A program made the position numbers and the translations under genes. A DNA stretch of 64,000 nt from Chthoniobacteraceae bacterium (GTDB taxonomy: Bacteria; Verrucomicrobiota; Verrucomicrobiia; Chthoniobacterales; Chthoniobacteraceae). Where the stretch lies: NCBI GenBank assembly GCA_040081625.1, contig JBEBGD010000008.1:37607-101606 (forward strand), written 5' to 3'. The notes below the pieces were generated by a model that did not search any database, was not told where the DNA came from, and worked only from the letters and a program-made list of their open reading frames with translations. Each line of letters opens with the position of its first letter. Within the stretch, counting starts at the first letter, position 1. Shown piece after piece: positions 19,193 to 34,100 of the stretch.

Positions 19193-22100
19193 ATGCGCAA
19201 GTCCACCCGTCCCTCCCGCCTGACCTCCCGCCGCAGCGCCCGCATCCTCGCGCGCATGAAACGCCGGTTGCCACGCTTCATTCTCGCAACCGCAGCCGCA
19301 TTTCTCCTGCCACACGCGGTAAAAGCTGCGACCCTCGTCTGGGACGGCGATACCGACGGCTCGAACAGTGCCATCGGCGGCACCGGGACATGGGATCAGG
19401 TCCTGGGGAATTGGGACCCCGATTTCAATCCGATCGACAACTCGAACAGCAACAACCAGGCGTGGACCAATGCCACGTTCGACATCGCGCTCTTCGGCGG
19501 GACCGCGGGGACGGTCACGCTCGGTGAGTCGATCGTCGCGGGCGGGCTGGTCTTCAATACCACGGGATACACGCTTCAGTCGTCCGTTCCGGCGAACACA
19601 CTGACGCTCACGCCGCCGGCCGGCGTGAACTCGCCGATCATCCATGTTGGCTCGGCGGTTGGGGAGCGCGCGACCATCGCGAGCACGCTCGCGGGCACTG
19701 CGGGCTTCACCAAGACGGGCAACGGCACGCTGGCGCTCACCGGCACGGTGGCGAACACCATCAGCGGCGACATCGTCATCAAGGCGGGCAACCTCGTGAT
19801 CAACAACGCCAACCAACTCGGGACGGGCACGACGGCGATCTCGATCACCGGTATCGCCGGCACGGGCAACCCCGGCTTCAGTGGTGGTTCGCTCGTGCTC
19901 GATGGCTCACTCGGCGGCATCACGATGAACCGCGAGATCTCGGTCTCCGGTCGTGGTCCGGGTGCGGTGAATTCCAGCGGCGGTCTCGTGAGCGTGGGCT
20001 ACAACACGATCGCTGGCGGCCTCACGATTGGCACCGGCGCGACCGAGGGTCGCGCAGTGGCTACGCATGGCATCACCACCATCAGCGGTGGGCTCTACCT
20101 CGGCGTCACGAACAGCACGAATGTCAGCTCCTCGGTGTTTTACGGTAACGGCAACTGGATCATCAGCGGTCGCATCGGCGGCAGCGAGATTCAGAACGAC
20201 GACTTCATCAAGACCGGCAACGTGGTCGCGACCACGATGTGGCTGCAAAACATCGACAATGACTTTGCCCAATCCTTCCGTATCGACTCCGGCACGATCC
20301 GGGTGTCAGACGACCGCGCGCTCGGTCTGAATACCGGCACGCAGTCGCTCGATTTGAACGCCGGCAGGCTCGAGGCTCGCAGCGACACGCCGAACTTCAA
20401 CACCCGCAACGTCAACCTCCGCGGCAACACGGTCCAGATGTTCGTGGATCGCGCGATCGGCGGCTCGGCGCTGAACCAGGAGTTCGTCTTCGGTAATCTT
20501 AATAACTCTGCGATCAACGGCGGCCTCACGATGGAGGGTCGCAACGGTGCAGGTCTGACGATCAATGGCCCGAGCGGAACCATCAACTGGATCAACGGCG
20601 GCACGCTGAACTTCACGAACAGCGGCAACGGTCTTTACAAGATCAACGCCAGCGTCAACCGCCTGAGCGAAACCTCGGGCCGCACGATCACCCTAGGGGC
20701 GACAGGCGAGATTCAGCTCACGGGCAACCTGCTGCAGGCCGGCACCGGCGCGGTCAGCCTGAGCAAGACCGGCGTGGGCACCCTCACGATCGGCGGCACA
20801 GCCTCGACCGCGACGGGCAGCACGTCGATCACCGACGGCACGCTGTCGATCAGCTCATTCGCCTCGATTCCGAGCGGAGCCATCAGCTTCGCAAATGCCA
20901 CGACGACCCCGGGCACGCTGACCTATACCGGCGGCACGACGACGGCGGCGAATCCGCTGACGTTCAACACGACGACGGCTCCGGTTTACATCAACGCGAG
21001 CGGCACTGGTGCGTTGACGCTCACCGGCGCCATCACCAGCACGCTGACCAACGCGAAGACGCTGGTTCTTGGCGGCACCGCGCAGTTCGACAACTCCTTT
21101 AACGCGGTCCTCGCCAATGGTGGCGCCTCGACGAATGCCACCAGCCTCCAGAAGATCGGCAGCGGTCGGTGGCTCCTTTCGGGCTCGGCAAACAACACCT
21201 TCACCGGCAGCACGACCGTCTCACAGGGCACGCTGAAGATTCAGGAGTTCGGCACCGGCGCGAACGACTTCGACGTCCTGCCGAATGCTGGCGCGATCAT
21301 CTTCAACGTCGATACCTTCACCCAGTCCGCGGGCGGCACGCTGAACTACGCGGGTATCGCCAGCCTCCCGGTCGCTGAGTCGGTCGGCGCGCTGACCAAC
21401 ACCGCGGGCAGCAACACTCTCTCCGTGACCCCCGGTGCCGGCGGCACTGCGGCTCTTACCTTCGCCTCCCTCGCGGTGCCTGCGGTGGGCTCGGGCTTGA
21501 ATATCACGACGACGGCCGGTGGAACCGTCACCCTGACCGGTGCGGCGAACGTCAACGGCATCCTCAGCCCGAAGCTCGTCTTCAACGGCGCGGATTTCGC
21601 GGCGGGCAGTGCAGTCGGCGCGGCGACCTATACGAATAGCGCTGTCGCCCTCGTAGCCGCCAACACGACCCCGTATCGCATTACCGGCTCGTTCAACCAG
21701 CCCACCGTCTCGGTGAATGCGGGTCTCAAGTTCGACACCGCCCAAACGATCACCATCAATAACGGCGCGACACTGACCATCACCAATGGCGGCACGACCG
21801 GTGGCGGTATCCTTGTCACGGGCGGCGTCACAGCGACGATCGCCAATGCCGGAACGGCAACCGGCGTCACCACCGGTTCTGGCGGCGACATCGTCGTCCG
21901 GACCAATACGAGCGGCGACACGCTCGCGTTCAACGCCCCGATCATCAACAGTGGCACCAACGCCATCTCGCTGACCAAGAACGGCGCGGGCACGATGACC
22001 ATCGGCGGCACGAATACGATCACGGGCACGGTGACCGTGAACGAAGGCACGTTGCAACTCACCTCGGGTGCGACGCTCGCGGGCACGAATGTCGCCCTCG

Positions 22101-25100
22101 TCGTCCGCCAGGGCGCAACCCTGGACCTCGGTGGCACAAGCCTGGGCACGGCGACGGGCGGCGGTGCAAATGTCTTCAACGGCGCGGGAACGGTCACGAA
22201 CTCGGCTGCCGCGACCACTTCGATCCTCCGCGTCGGAAATGGCGGCACCAGCGGTTACTTCTCCGGCATCATCCAGGACGGCGCGGGCACGGTGTCACTT
22301 TCCAAGGGTGGCGCTGGAACGACCTCGCTCTCCGGGGCGAACACCTTCAGCGGCGGCATCCGAATCACCGGCGGCGTGGTCGCGGTGACGACGCTCTCGA
22401 ACATCGGCTCCCCGAGCGGCATCGGCGAGGGCGACGAGACGGATGCGACCAGCAACGCAAACAGCCTGATCTTCGACGGCGGCACGCTGACCTACACTGG
22501 CGCGACCGGCGCGATTTACCAGACCACGCAGACGCCGTCGGTCAGCATCGACCGCCTCTTCACCCTCGCGGGGGCCGGCACGATCAGCAGTGAAGGCAGC
22601 TACGGCGCGAACCGCCTGACGCGCGGGAACAACAACGCGACGCTGATCTTCAACAACCCGCTCCCGGTCGCCTTCCTCGGCGCAGGAACCCGCACGCTCA
22701 CCCTGCAGGGTGACTCGATCGGCGATAATCAACTCAACCTTAAGTTGATCGACAACACGAATGCGGCTGAGGCGTTGAGTGTGACCAAGGCCGGAACCGG
22801 CTTGTGGATCCTCAGCAACCCGGCCAACACCTACACCGGCGTCACCACCATCAGCGCCGGCGCGCTCCGCGCTCAAGAGGGCACCTCCCTGCCGAGCGGC
22901 CCCACTGGTTCGAATCTGTTCATCAATGGCGGCGTGTTTGAGAGCACCGGCACCTTCGCTCGTGCGCTCGGCACGGGTCAGGGCCAGTTGCGTTTCGTTC
23001 CCGCCGGCAACGGCGGCTTCTCGGCGGGCGACACGAAGCTGACTTGGGATGTGAGCAGCCTCGGCACGCCGGTCTGGGGCACCACGACCGACTTCATCGG
23101 CGCTGGCGTCCTGATCTTGAACTCCACCACCAGCATCGCTGACGTGGAGGTTGCGGGCGATCTCAACCTCGGCGCCGGCGCCACGCCGGTCGTCAACGCG
23201 ACGACCACCGCCGCAGGCGCGACTGTCACTCTGACGGCCGGCACGACCGCCGGCCTTACGATCGGCCAGACATTCACCGGCAATGCGAACATCCCGGTGG
23301 GTGCCTTCATCACCGCGATCACCGGACCGGCGACGTTCACGCTTAACTCCGGCACGGGCGTCCTCGCCGGGACAGGCATCGCAACCACACTGAGCGGGAA
23401 TGGCTGGCGTGAAGTGGTGGTCAACGACAACCTCTCGACCAACCTCGATTTCGCGACCTTCTCGGGCGTCCTCGGCGGCACGGGCGGCCTCGGCAAGATT
23501 GGCACCGGGTCGTTGATCCTTGGCAATGCGAACACCTACTCGGGCAATACCGTTATCCGGCAGGAAGCGGTCTTCGCGACCTCCATCGGCGCGGCAGGCG
23601 CCACGTCGAGCAGCTTCGGCACGAATGTCGGCGGCGGAATCGTGGAACTGGGTAACCCCAGCACCAGCACCACGGTCAACCTCATGTATGTCGGCCCGGG
23701 CGAAGTCGCCACGCGCCAGATCAACATCACCGGCACGACCGGCACCCGCCGCATCGACTCGAGCGGCGGCGGTCCGTTGGTCCTCACGAACCTGATCAAC
23801 AGCAGCGCGGCGTCGGTCAACACGACCAGCGGCGCGCGGACGCTGTCGCTCCGCGGCACGAACACCGACGGCAACATGGTCACCTCGACGCTGACCAACG
23901 ACGGCGCCAACATCCTCACGGTGATCAAGGAAGACGGCGGATTCTGGATTCTGAACCCGAGCGCTCCGAACACGTTCACCGGTGTCCTCGGCGTCAATGG
24001 CGGCACGCTGGGCCTGACCGCCAACGGCATCGGGTCCGTCCCGTCGATCAACTTCTCCAATGCCTCCATCCTGGCGTTCGGCGGACCGTTGACCGTGCCC
24101 GTGCCGGTTTCCCAATCGAACAACACGACGGCGGTATTCGCGGGCGCAAATGCGATCACTCTCAACGGCACCTACACAGTGGCGGCAGGGAACAACGCCC
24201 AGACCATCAGCAACAACCTGGAGGGCGGTGCGGTTCTGACCATCAACAACAACTTCATCAACCTGAAGGCCAATGATCAGACCATCAACTTCCGAGGGTA
24301 TGGTTCAACCATCTGGAATGGATCGATTCAGAACGCTGCAGCGAACACTACGGCATGGAACATTGCCATCGCGAACGACGCGTTCTTTACGACAAGCGGC
24401 GCGGCAAACACCTTCACCGGCACCAAGACCCTCTCGCAAGGCACGCTGAACCTGGACAAGACTGCGCCGTTTGGTCCTTCCGGCCAGTTCAACTTCGGCG
24501 GCGGTGTGGTCGTGGCGGGCGTCGATCTCGCGGCCAGTCCGATCACCAACCCGGTATTCCTGACCGGCGACCCGGCGACCTTTAGCGGCTTTAATGGGAT
24601 TACGTTGAACGGCCTGGTCACGAACAACGCCGGAAACCGGACGCTCTTCAACAACCTCGATACCGCGACTGACCTGACAATCGCCGGCGGCATATTCCTA
24701 AGCAATGACGCCACCGGTCGCACCCTGACCCTGCGCGGTTCGGGAGATACGATCGTCAGCAGCATCGTCTCAAACGGTGCCACCGCGACCGCGGCAGGCA
24801 CGCTCGCCTACTCCGCAGCGGCGGGGAGCCTGACGCTGTCGGCCGCGAACACGGCCACCGGCGCACTCGTCGCAAACCGCAACACCATCCTCCTCAACGG
24901 CGCGGGCGCGTGGGCGGGCTCGGGCTCGGTATTCCCGCTCGGGACGATCACCCTCGACAACACCGCCGGTTCAGTGAACCGCCTCGCGGATGCGGGCGGC
25001 TTCACCGGCACGGGCGGCACGCTCAACCTCATCGGCAACGACACTGGTGGAACAAACGAGACCACCGGCGCGCTCACGATCAACACGGTGCAGACCTACA

Positions 25101-28100
25101 TCACGATGAACACGCCGTCCTCCGGGTCGAACGTGTTGACGTTTGCGTCTGTCAACTTCGCAAGCGCCGGTTCCTCGCTGAACCTCATCGGCGTTCCGGG
25201 CATTGGCACGACCAATCAGGTCAAGATCACGGCGGCGCTTCCGGCCAATGCGGCCATCAACGGCATCATGCCGCGCACCTTCATCAGTGGTGGGACGGAC
25301 TTCGCGGAATACAACGCGACAAACGGCGTGCAGGCGTTCACGGGTTACGTGTCCGACGTCAACACCGCGACCAACGCGCAGACGGTGGAGTTCACCGCGA
25401 GCGCGAACACGACGGCCAACCGCTTTGTCAATGCGATCAAGATCAACGGCGACACGCTGAACATCGGCGGCGGGACGGCGAATCGACTGACGCTCACGGC
25501 GGCGGCGATCCTGAACACTGGCGGCAGCAACACGCTGAGCACTCCGCAGGTCAGCTTCGGCACGACGAATGCCGGGTTCATTCAGGTCGCGAGCGGCACC
25601 ACGCTCACCATGGACAGCATTCTGTTCGGCTCGGCTGGGTGGGCGAAGGCGCTCCCCGGCACGCTCCAACTCAACACGTCCACCTACCTCACTGGCGTGA
25701 CCAGCCTGCTCAATGGTGTGACGAAGCTGAACGGCGGCTTGAACACGATGTTCCCGAATCAACAGTTGGTCATCAACGAAGGCGCGACGCTGGACCTCAA
25801 CGGCAACGCCCAATACGTCGAGCGTCTCAACGACCCCGGCACGATGCCCGGCGCGGGTGGTTCGATCACGACGAGCACCGGCACCGGCACGTTCGTGACG
25901 AACATGGGCGGCAGCACGCTCTTCTCCGGCGTGATCAGTGGCGACGTGAACTTCGGCCGCGTCAACGGCAACACGCTGACGATCAATACTGCGCAGACCT
26001 ACACCGGTTCAACGACGCTCATGGGCGGCAACACCACGCTCGAAAGCGACGCCACGCTGCTCACCACCTCGGCGATCGACCTCAACGGCGGCGCGCTCCT
26101 CCTGAGCAACAACACCGGCCTCCAGACACAGATCAGCGACCGTATCGGCGACACGATCCCGATCACTCTGCGCGACGGCACGATCAGCGTCACCGGCCGT
26201 GTCAGCACGGCGGCGACGGAGACCCTTCTCTCGGTCGATTCCGCGCAAGGCGCGAACACGATCACGGCCACCAACGGCGGCGGCACGTTCACTTCCATGG
26301 TGCTGACCATCGGCACACTCACCCGCAACGCAGGCACGACACTCAACTTCACCGGCACGAACCTCGGCCAGCAGGGGAACAACGCGCGCATCGAAGTCTC
26401 GACCCCGCTGACGAGCATCGGCAGCGGTCTCCTGGGTGCGTGGGCCATCGCGAACTCCACCGACTACGCGGCATACAACACCTCGCTGGGCATCGGCGTG
26501 GTTGGGCAGGGTGGGTTCACCGGCTACGACGCCACGTTCGCCCCCGGAAACATCACGGATATCCCTGTCACAGTGCCGTCCACGACGACGCTGGCAGCCG
26601 GCACGACGAATACTGCGCTGCTGAAACTCTCCGGGGCCTTCACCAACGACATCGCCTTCACGGGTGGCAGCGATGTCCTGAACCTCGAACTCGGCGGCAT
26701 CCTGCGGAGCAACAATAGCAACGCCTCGTCCTTCGGCACGACGGCGATCCGCGGTATCATCACCAGCGGCACGAGCGAACTGGTTGTCTTCAACAACGCC
26801 TCCGGCACGACCACCAGCGCGGCCACGGCGACGACGGTCTCCGGCTCGGCGATCATCACCACCGTGCCTTCGACAGTCGGCCTGGCTCCGGGCATGACGA
26901 TCACCACCGCCAACCTGCCTGCGGGCACCTACATCGTGTCCGTGGACGGTCCGAACCAGGTCACCGTCAGCCAGAACGCGACCACGAGTGCCGCGACCAA
27001 CGCGCTCGTTTTCGGCATCAGCAACCTGATCGTCAACTCGCAGATCCAGGGCTCGGGAACCACGCTCCTCAAGTCGGGCGCCGGCAGCCTGAACCTGACG
27101 GCGAACAACACCTACACCGGCGGCACCACCGTCGTGCAGGGCACCGTCAACCTCATGGGCAGCGGCGTCGTGATCCCGGCGGGCGGAATCACCCTCGGCG
27201 GCGCTGCGATGATCATGAACACCAATCAGGGCCAGATCGACCCGAGCAACGCAGTGACCCTGCGCCGTAGCTCGACCCTGACGCTCGTAGGCTTCAACAC
27301 CCTCGACAGCATCGCCTTCGAGAACAACGGCGGGACAGGCACCCCGATCGTCAACACCGGCGCGATCCTAACCCTGACCGGCGCGACCCCGATCTCGGTC
27401 ACCTCGAGCAACCCGCTGACGGTCCCGACCATCTCGGGCTCGATCGACATCGGCACCGGCGCGAAGACCATCCACGTGCCCGCCATCGAAGTGGGCGGCG
27501 CCCAGATCAGCCAGATCCACCCGACCCTGGCCATCACCGCCGGCATCCTCAGCCCCGGAGTGACGCTGACCAAGACCGGCGCCGGCATCCTGACCCTGAG
27601 CGGACAGAGCACCTTTTTCGGCGGCCTGAACCTCAATGCAGGCGGCATCATTATCGGCGGCAACAGCGCCCCGACCTCGGGCGGACGCGGCATCTCGAGC
27701 GGTCCGCTCGGCGGCGGCGACGTAGCTGCGGCGTCTGGAACCTACTTCATGGTGGACGGCACGCGCGCCGTCGGCAACGACATCGCATTTGCCGGCACGC
27801 CGACCTTTGATGCGACGGCCAACACCGTCTGGACGCTCACCCTCAACGGTGAACTGACCGGCGCGGGCCTGGCCTCGCCGACCCCGACCATCGACATCAA
27901 GAATCCGTTCCTGACCGTCGCCCTGCTCGGCAACATCCCGAACATCGGCACGATCACGAACTTCCAGAAGACCGGGCTCGGCACCCTGGTCTTCAACGCC
28001 ACGGGCTACACCGGCGACTTCAACGCAAGCGAACTCGGCAATCCGCTGACCGTTCAGCTCCTGCATGACGGCACAGGAGCGAACATCGGCAACGGTCTGC

Positions 28101-31100
28101 CTGAGACGATCATGCTCGGCGACGTCATTTTCGACGCCGGCATCGCTCCGACGATCACCGTCGGTCGCGCGGGCGGCTCGCTGCCGCTCAACGTCGCCCA
28201 GAACAAAATCATCCAGCCGTCGAGCATCTCGAACCCGGGCCTCGGGTTCACGATCCTGAACAACAACGCCTACGGCCTCGACGTGACGGAAGCGCAGCCC
28301 CTCACGGGCACGCCGACGATCAGCGTCAGCAACGCGTCGAACTCGAACATCACCCAGGGTCTCTACCTGAATGGGGCCGTCAGCGGCACCGGCTTCATCA
28401 AGACCGGCAACGGCGCCGTGGTGCTCGGCAACGCGTCGAACAGCTTCACCGGGAACATCGACATCCAGACCGGTCTAGTCTCCGCGGCCAGCGACGCGCA
28501 CCTCGGAACCGGTTCGAACCAAATCCGGCTGAACCCGACCGCCGGCACCTCGACCCTGCGCGCAACCGGCACCTTCGCCACCAGCCGCACGATCGACCTG
28601 ACCGTCGCCACCAACCTGCGGGCGATCGAAGTCACCACCGGCAACACGCTGACCCTCAACAGCCCATTCGGCCTCACGGCTGCGGGCGCGGCCCTGATCA
28701 AGGCCGACCGCGGCACCTTGGAGCTCGCCGCGGCGAACACCGGCTGGACCGGCGGTCTTACCATCTCCGGCGGCGCCGTGAAGACGGCCCTCGCCTCCGC
28801 CCTGCCGACCGGCACGATCATCGTGAACAACCCCGGCGCCGCGCTGCAGCTCGCGGGCGGCGTCACCGTTGCAAACGCGATCACGATCGATGCCGCTGCC
28901 AACTTCATCACCCTGACCGGCATCAACACCGGCGGCGCGATCCAGTCGGTGAGCGGCAGCAACACGATCTCGGGGACGATCACCGTCAATGCCAGCTCCG
29001 GCACGGATAACCAGGGCCGCAACTACGGATTCGGTGCGGACGCCGGCGCGACCCTCACCCTCGGCGCCATCGACTACGACCGCTCCAACGCCGGCACGGG
29101 CCGCAACATCATCGGCTTCTACGGTGGCGCGGGCGACATCGTCCTCGCTGGCGTCATCAACAACACCAACGCCACCCCCGCCGCGAATACGTTTTTCTTC
29201 AAGTATGGCACGGGCAACCTGACCATCACCGCGGCCAGCGTGATCCCGGACACGGAAATGCGCCTGTATCGCGGCGCCGTCACTGTGAACGGCGCGGGCA
29301 CGTTTGGCCTCGGACTCCCCGTGACGCAGCAGGTGCAGGTCTGGCAGAACGCCTCCCTGACGCTCGATAACTCCACCACCAACACGGCGAACCGCTTCAG
29401 CACCCGCGTCGTCAACATCGGCGGCGGCACGCTAAACTTCATCCCGAACGCCGCTGGTTCCAGCCATGTCAATGCCGCGGCCGGCACTCTCACGATCAGC
29501 CAGGGCACCAACACGATCAATCTCGCGCCGGGCGGAAACCAAACGGTGACCTTCGGCCCGCTCGCCCAAGGTGGCGGCTCGACGTTGAACCTGACGGGCA
29601 CCTTCGGCACGGCCAACAACAAGCTCACCTTCACGACCGCTCCGACGCTCTCTCCGGTGACGACCGGCCTGCTGGCGCGCGTGTTGACCAATGGCACCGA
29701 ATTCGCCACCTACGCCGCCGCAACCGGCATCGGCACCTTCTCCGGCTACGCGGCCGCGACGAACATCCTCAGCGTCGGCACCACGCAGACCTTTAATGCG
29801 ACCGACACCACGGCGAACTCGCTGACGGGCAACCAGACCATCAACGCCCTCAAGCTCACCAGCGGCGGCGGCAGCACCAACGTGGGCGGCCTCTCGGGCT
29901 TGAACCCGGCGACCCTGACCATCACCAGCGGCGGCGTCCTCGTAAACGGCTCCGGCTCCGGTTCGACGTTGTCCGTCCCGATCGTCACCTTCGGCACGGG
30001 CGCGACGGAAGGTGTCTTCCACGTCATGGCCGGCCAGACCCTCGATGTGAACAGCGGCCTTGTGACCACCGGCGGCATGACCAAGTCGTCGGACGGCACG
30101 ATGAACCTGAACACGCAGCAGTTCGTGAGCAACAACACGTATGTCAACGGCGGCACGCTGAACCTGCAGCCCGGCGCTATCAACACGCTGCTCTTCAACA
30201 ACGGACTCGGCATCAACCACAATGCGGTGGTCGATCTCAAGAACGGCGTCCAGTTCATCGGCAGTCTCTTCAGCGCCAATGGGGGCGGCAACACCGACCT
30301 GAGCGGCGGCACCGTGACCAACAGCGGTGCGCAAGCAACGCTGGTCACTAACAGCAACTCGAACTTCAGCGGTCAGATCACGGGAACGATCTTCTTGAAC
30401 AAGACCGGCGTGAACGCACTGAACCTCCAGCAAGCCAACACCTACAACGGCGCGACGCTGCTCACGGGCGGCACGACGACATTGCAGGACATGGGCACGC
30501 TCGCCAACACGCCCTCGATCATCATCAGCCGTTCGAACCTGACGCTGACGAACGGCAACCTCTACAACCTGGCTGACCGGGTTAATGACGCTGCGCCGAT
30601 CACTCTGAACGGCGGCTTTATCTCGTTCAATGGTCGCCAGCAGGAAGACGCTTCCGAGACCCTCGGGGTCGTCACGATCGTCGACGGTCACAACGGCATC
30701 CTCCCGGGCTTCGGCGGCAGCGGTGGCAACATCGGGGTCAACTCCAATGTGCTCACGCTCGGTGGCTTCAGCCGGTCAGTCGGTTCCACTGCCACGTTCC
30801 GCTTCAGCGCGCTCGGTTCACTGGGCTTGATCGGCAGCAGCCAGCGCATCTATGTGACCGGCGGCGTGACGACCACCAACGACATCATCGGGCCGTGGGC
30901 GATCGTCGATCGCGAATTCGCGACCTACGACGCCGCCTACGGTGTCAGCGCGCTCGGGCAGTTGGGCGTGGCCGGTTACGCCGGCAGCGGCATAAACACC
31001 AGCCCGCTTGCGACCGACAACGTGCGCCACACGGCGACCGGCACCACGTTTGTGGACGCCGACTTCGTGGTCAACACGCTGACCTTCAACCAGAGCACCT

Positions 31101-34100
31101 CCAACATGGTGATCGACTTGAACGGCAAGACGGGCCGCATCCAGGGCGGCGGTTTGCTCATCGGCCAGAACACGAACAACACCAGCGTCTCGATCAATAA
31201 CGGAACGCTCACCAGCGGTGTCATCGGAACGCCGAGCGACTTCTACGTGATCAACGCGTCGTATGACAACACGGGTCGCGTCGCAAACATCGGCGCCGTC
31301 ATCGCCGACAACGGTGTGACCGGCCCGGTGCGCGTGATCTTCTCCAATGGTGACGGACGCACGGTGGGCTCCTCGCTCAACCTGAACGGCGTGAACACCT
31401 ACACGGGTGGGAGCGTCTTCAACCAGGCCGTCGTGGTCCTCGGGGCGACGGGCGCGCTCGGCACCGGCGGCATCACCATCCATCAGGCGACGTTGAACCA
31501 GACCGCGGGCGGTGTCATCCCGGCCCAGGCGCTGACGATGACCGGCGGTTCCACGCTAAACCTGGCCAATCAGGCAAACAGCCTCTCGGGCATCACCTTT
31601 ACCAATAACGGTGGCGCGGCCCCGACCCTCAATGCGACCGGCACGCTGACCCTCACCGGCGGCATCACCGCGACCTCGATCTCCGCGGGCGCGAACTCCA
31701 TCATCGCCAACGGCACCCTCGACCTCAATGCCGCAGGCGCCTATTCGATCGATGTCGATGCGACGACCGTTAACGGCTTCAATGTCGCTCCGTGGCAATC
31801 CGACCTGACGATCAACGCGGTCGTCCAGAACGGCAGCATCGTGAAGACCGGTGACGGCATGTTGCAACTCGGCGGCCAGAGCACCTTCGGCACCCTCGCG
31901 GTGAACGGAGGCGGCGTGATTCTCGGCGCGAGCAGCACCCCGGCAGGCCTCGGCGACACCGTTACCTCCGGCCCGGTGGGCCTGGGCACGCTGACGATGG
32001 CGAACATGACGAGCATGGTAGCCACGGCGGCCTCGACCATCTCGAACAACGTCATCTTCGGCGATGACGGCTTCGGCACCGGCACCCACTTCTTCAACGG
32101 CGTCCAGAGTATCACTCTCAACGGTCTCACGACGCTTCCGAGTATCTGGAACGCGACCGTGACCGCGCCGCAGACGACCGTCACCATCGGCGACGCGAAC
32201 GCGGGCACCGGGACGATCAACAAGTCCGGCCTCGGCCTCCTCATCGTCGGCAACTACGCCGGCGACATCCTCGCGACCGGCGGTCTTGCCTTTAGCGCCG
32301 ACGGCAACACTCTTGGCACGGCTGAGATTCTGCCTGTTGGCGGCAATGTCATGCTCACTGGCGACACGGCGATCACGGTGAACCGCTCCGGCGGCGCCCC
32401 GAATGCGCGCAACAAGGTCATCCAGAAAGCCGACCTGAGCGTTCCGGGGAACATCATGAGCGTCTCGAACCAGAGCGGCTACGGGCTCGAGTTCACCGGC
32501 CCGACGACGATGACCGGCCCGTCGCACTTCGCCGTCGGCGTCGCCACCGCATCGAACGTCCCGCAAGGCCTGATCCTCACCGGCGTGGTGGACGATGCCG
32601 CGTCCAACTTCGGCATCATCAAGTCCGGCCCAGGCACGCTCGTGCTCAATGGCATCAATACGTTCGGCGGCACCAGCAACACCATCGACATCCTCAACGG
32701 TGTCGTGTCCGTGAATTCGGACGCCGCCCTCGGCGACATCACCAACTCGGTGACCCTGAACGTCGATGCCGCCACCGGCGTCGGCTTCCGCGCGACCGAG
32801 ACCTTCAGCAGCGCCCGCACCTTCAACCTGACCCAGTTGAACAACGCCATCGAAGTCACGGCCGGCAAGATCCTGACCCTCTCGGCGCCGTTCGTTGTCA
32901 GCGCGCCTGCGAACGCGCTGTTCAAGAATGACAGCGGCGTCCTCGAATTGAGCGCAGCCAACCCCGGCACCTGGACAGGCGGCGTCACGATCAACGGCGG
33001 CGCGGTCCGCGCGTCGCACGCCGACGCATTCGGTTCGCCGACCGCGACGGTCACCATCTCGCCGCTCGTCAATGCGACTGGCGCCGCGCTGCAACTGAGC
33101 GGCAACATCAGCCTGCCGAACCCGATCAACCTGCAGGGCGTCAACAACGTCGCCGCGGGTGGCCTCAACTTCGGCGGCCAGTTGGACAGCTTCTCGGGTG
33201 CGAATACCGTCACCGGTCAGCTCCGGATGGACTTCGATGCGGCAATCGGCGCGCGCTCCGGCGCATCGCTCGATATCAACGGCGGCATCAACAACACAAC
33301 CACCACCGCACGCACGCTGTTCTTCAACGCGGTCGGCACGATCAACCTCAACAGCAACGTGACGGCGGCCACGACCACGGCGAACCAGTATTTCGCGGTG
33401 CGGAAATATGGCCCCGGCACCTTGAACGTGACCACCGCAAACACGGTGGTTCCGACCACTGACATCACTGTCCACGGCGGCATCCTGAGCCTCAATGGCA
33501 GCGGCACGCTCACGGGCGGCAATACGATCGCGCTGACCGTCAACTCGAACGGCACGCTCGACCTGAACAACAGCGGGACCAACGTGGTAAACCGCCTCGG
33601 CGCGCGTCCGGTGACCCTCGTGGGCGGCACGTTCAATTACGTGGGCAACGGCGCGGCAAACTCATCGGAAGTCGGGGGCATCCTGACCATCACGCGCCCG
33701 GCAAGCACGATCACCACGAATGCCGGCGCAGGGTTCAATAGCATCGTGACCTTCGCCAGCCTGGTGCAGAACGTCGATTCGGCGTTCAACTTCACCGGCA
33801 CCGCCCTCGGCACGGCGACGAATCAAGTCACCTTCTCCACCCCGCCGGTGCTCTCGCCGGTCACGACCGGAATCCTGGCGCGCGCCACGGTCAACAGTTC
33901 GGACTTCGCCACCTACGGTGCAAACGGCATCGCGGCCTTCGCGGGGTATAACAATACGAACAACGTGAACCCGGGCGTCGCGACCGACACGTATAACCTC
34001 ACGGCAGGCGCGAGCATCACGGCCAACCGCACCTTCAACGCCATCAAGTTCAACGACGCGACCGGCGTCACGCTCGGCGGTTCGGCACTCACACAGTTGG

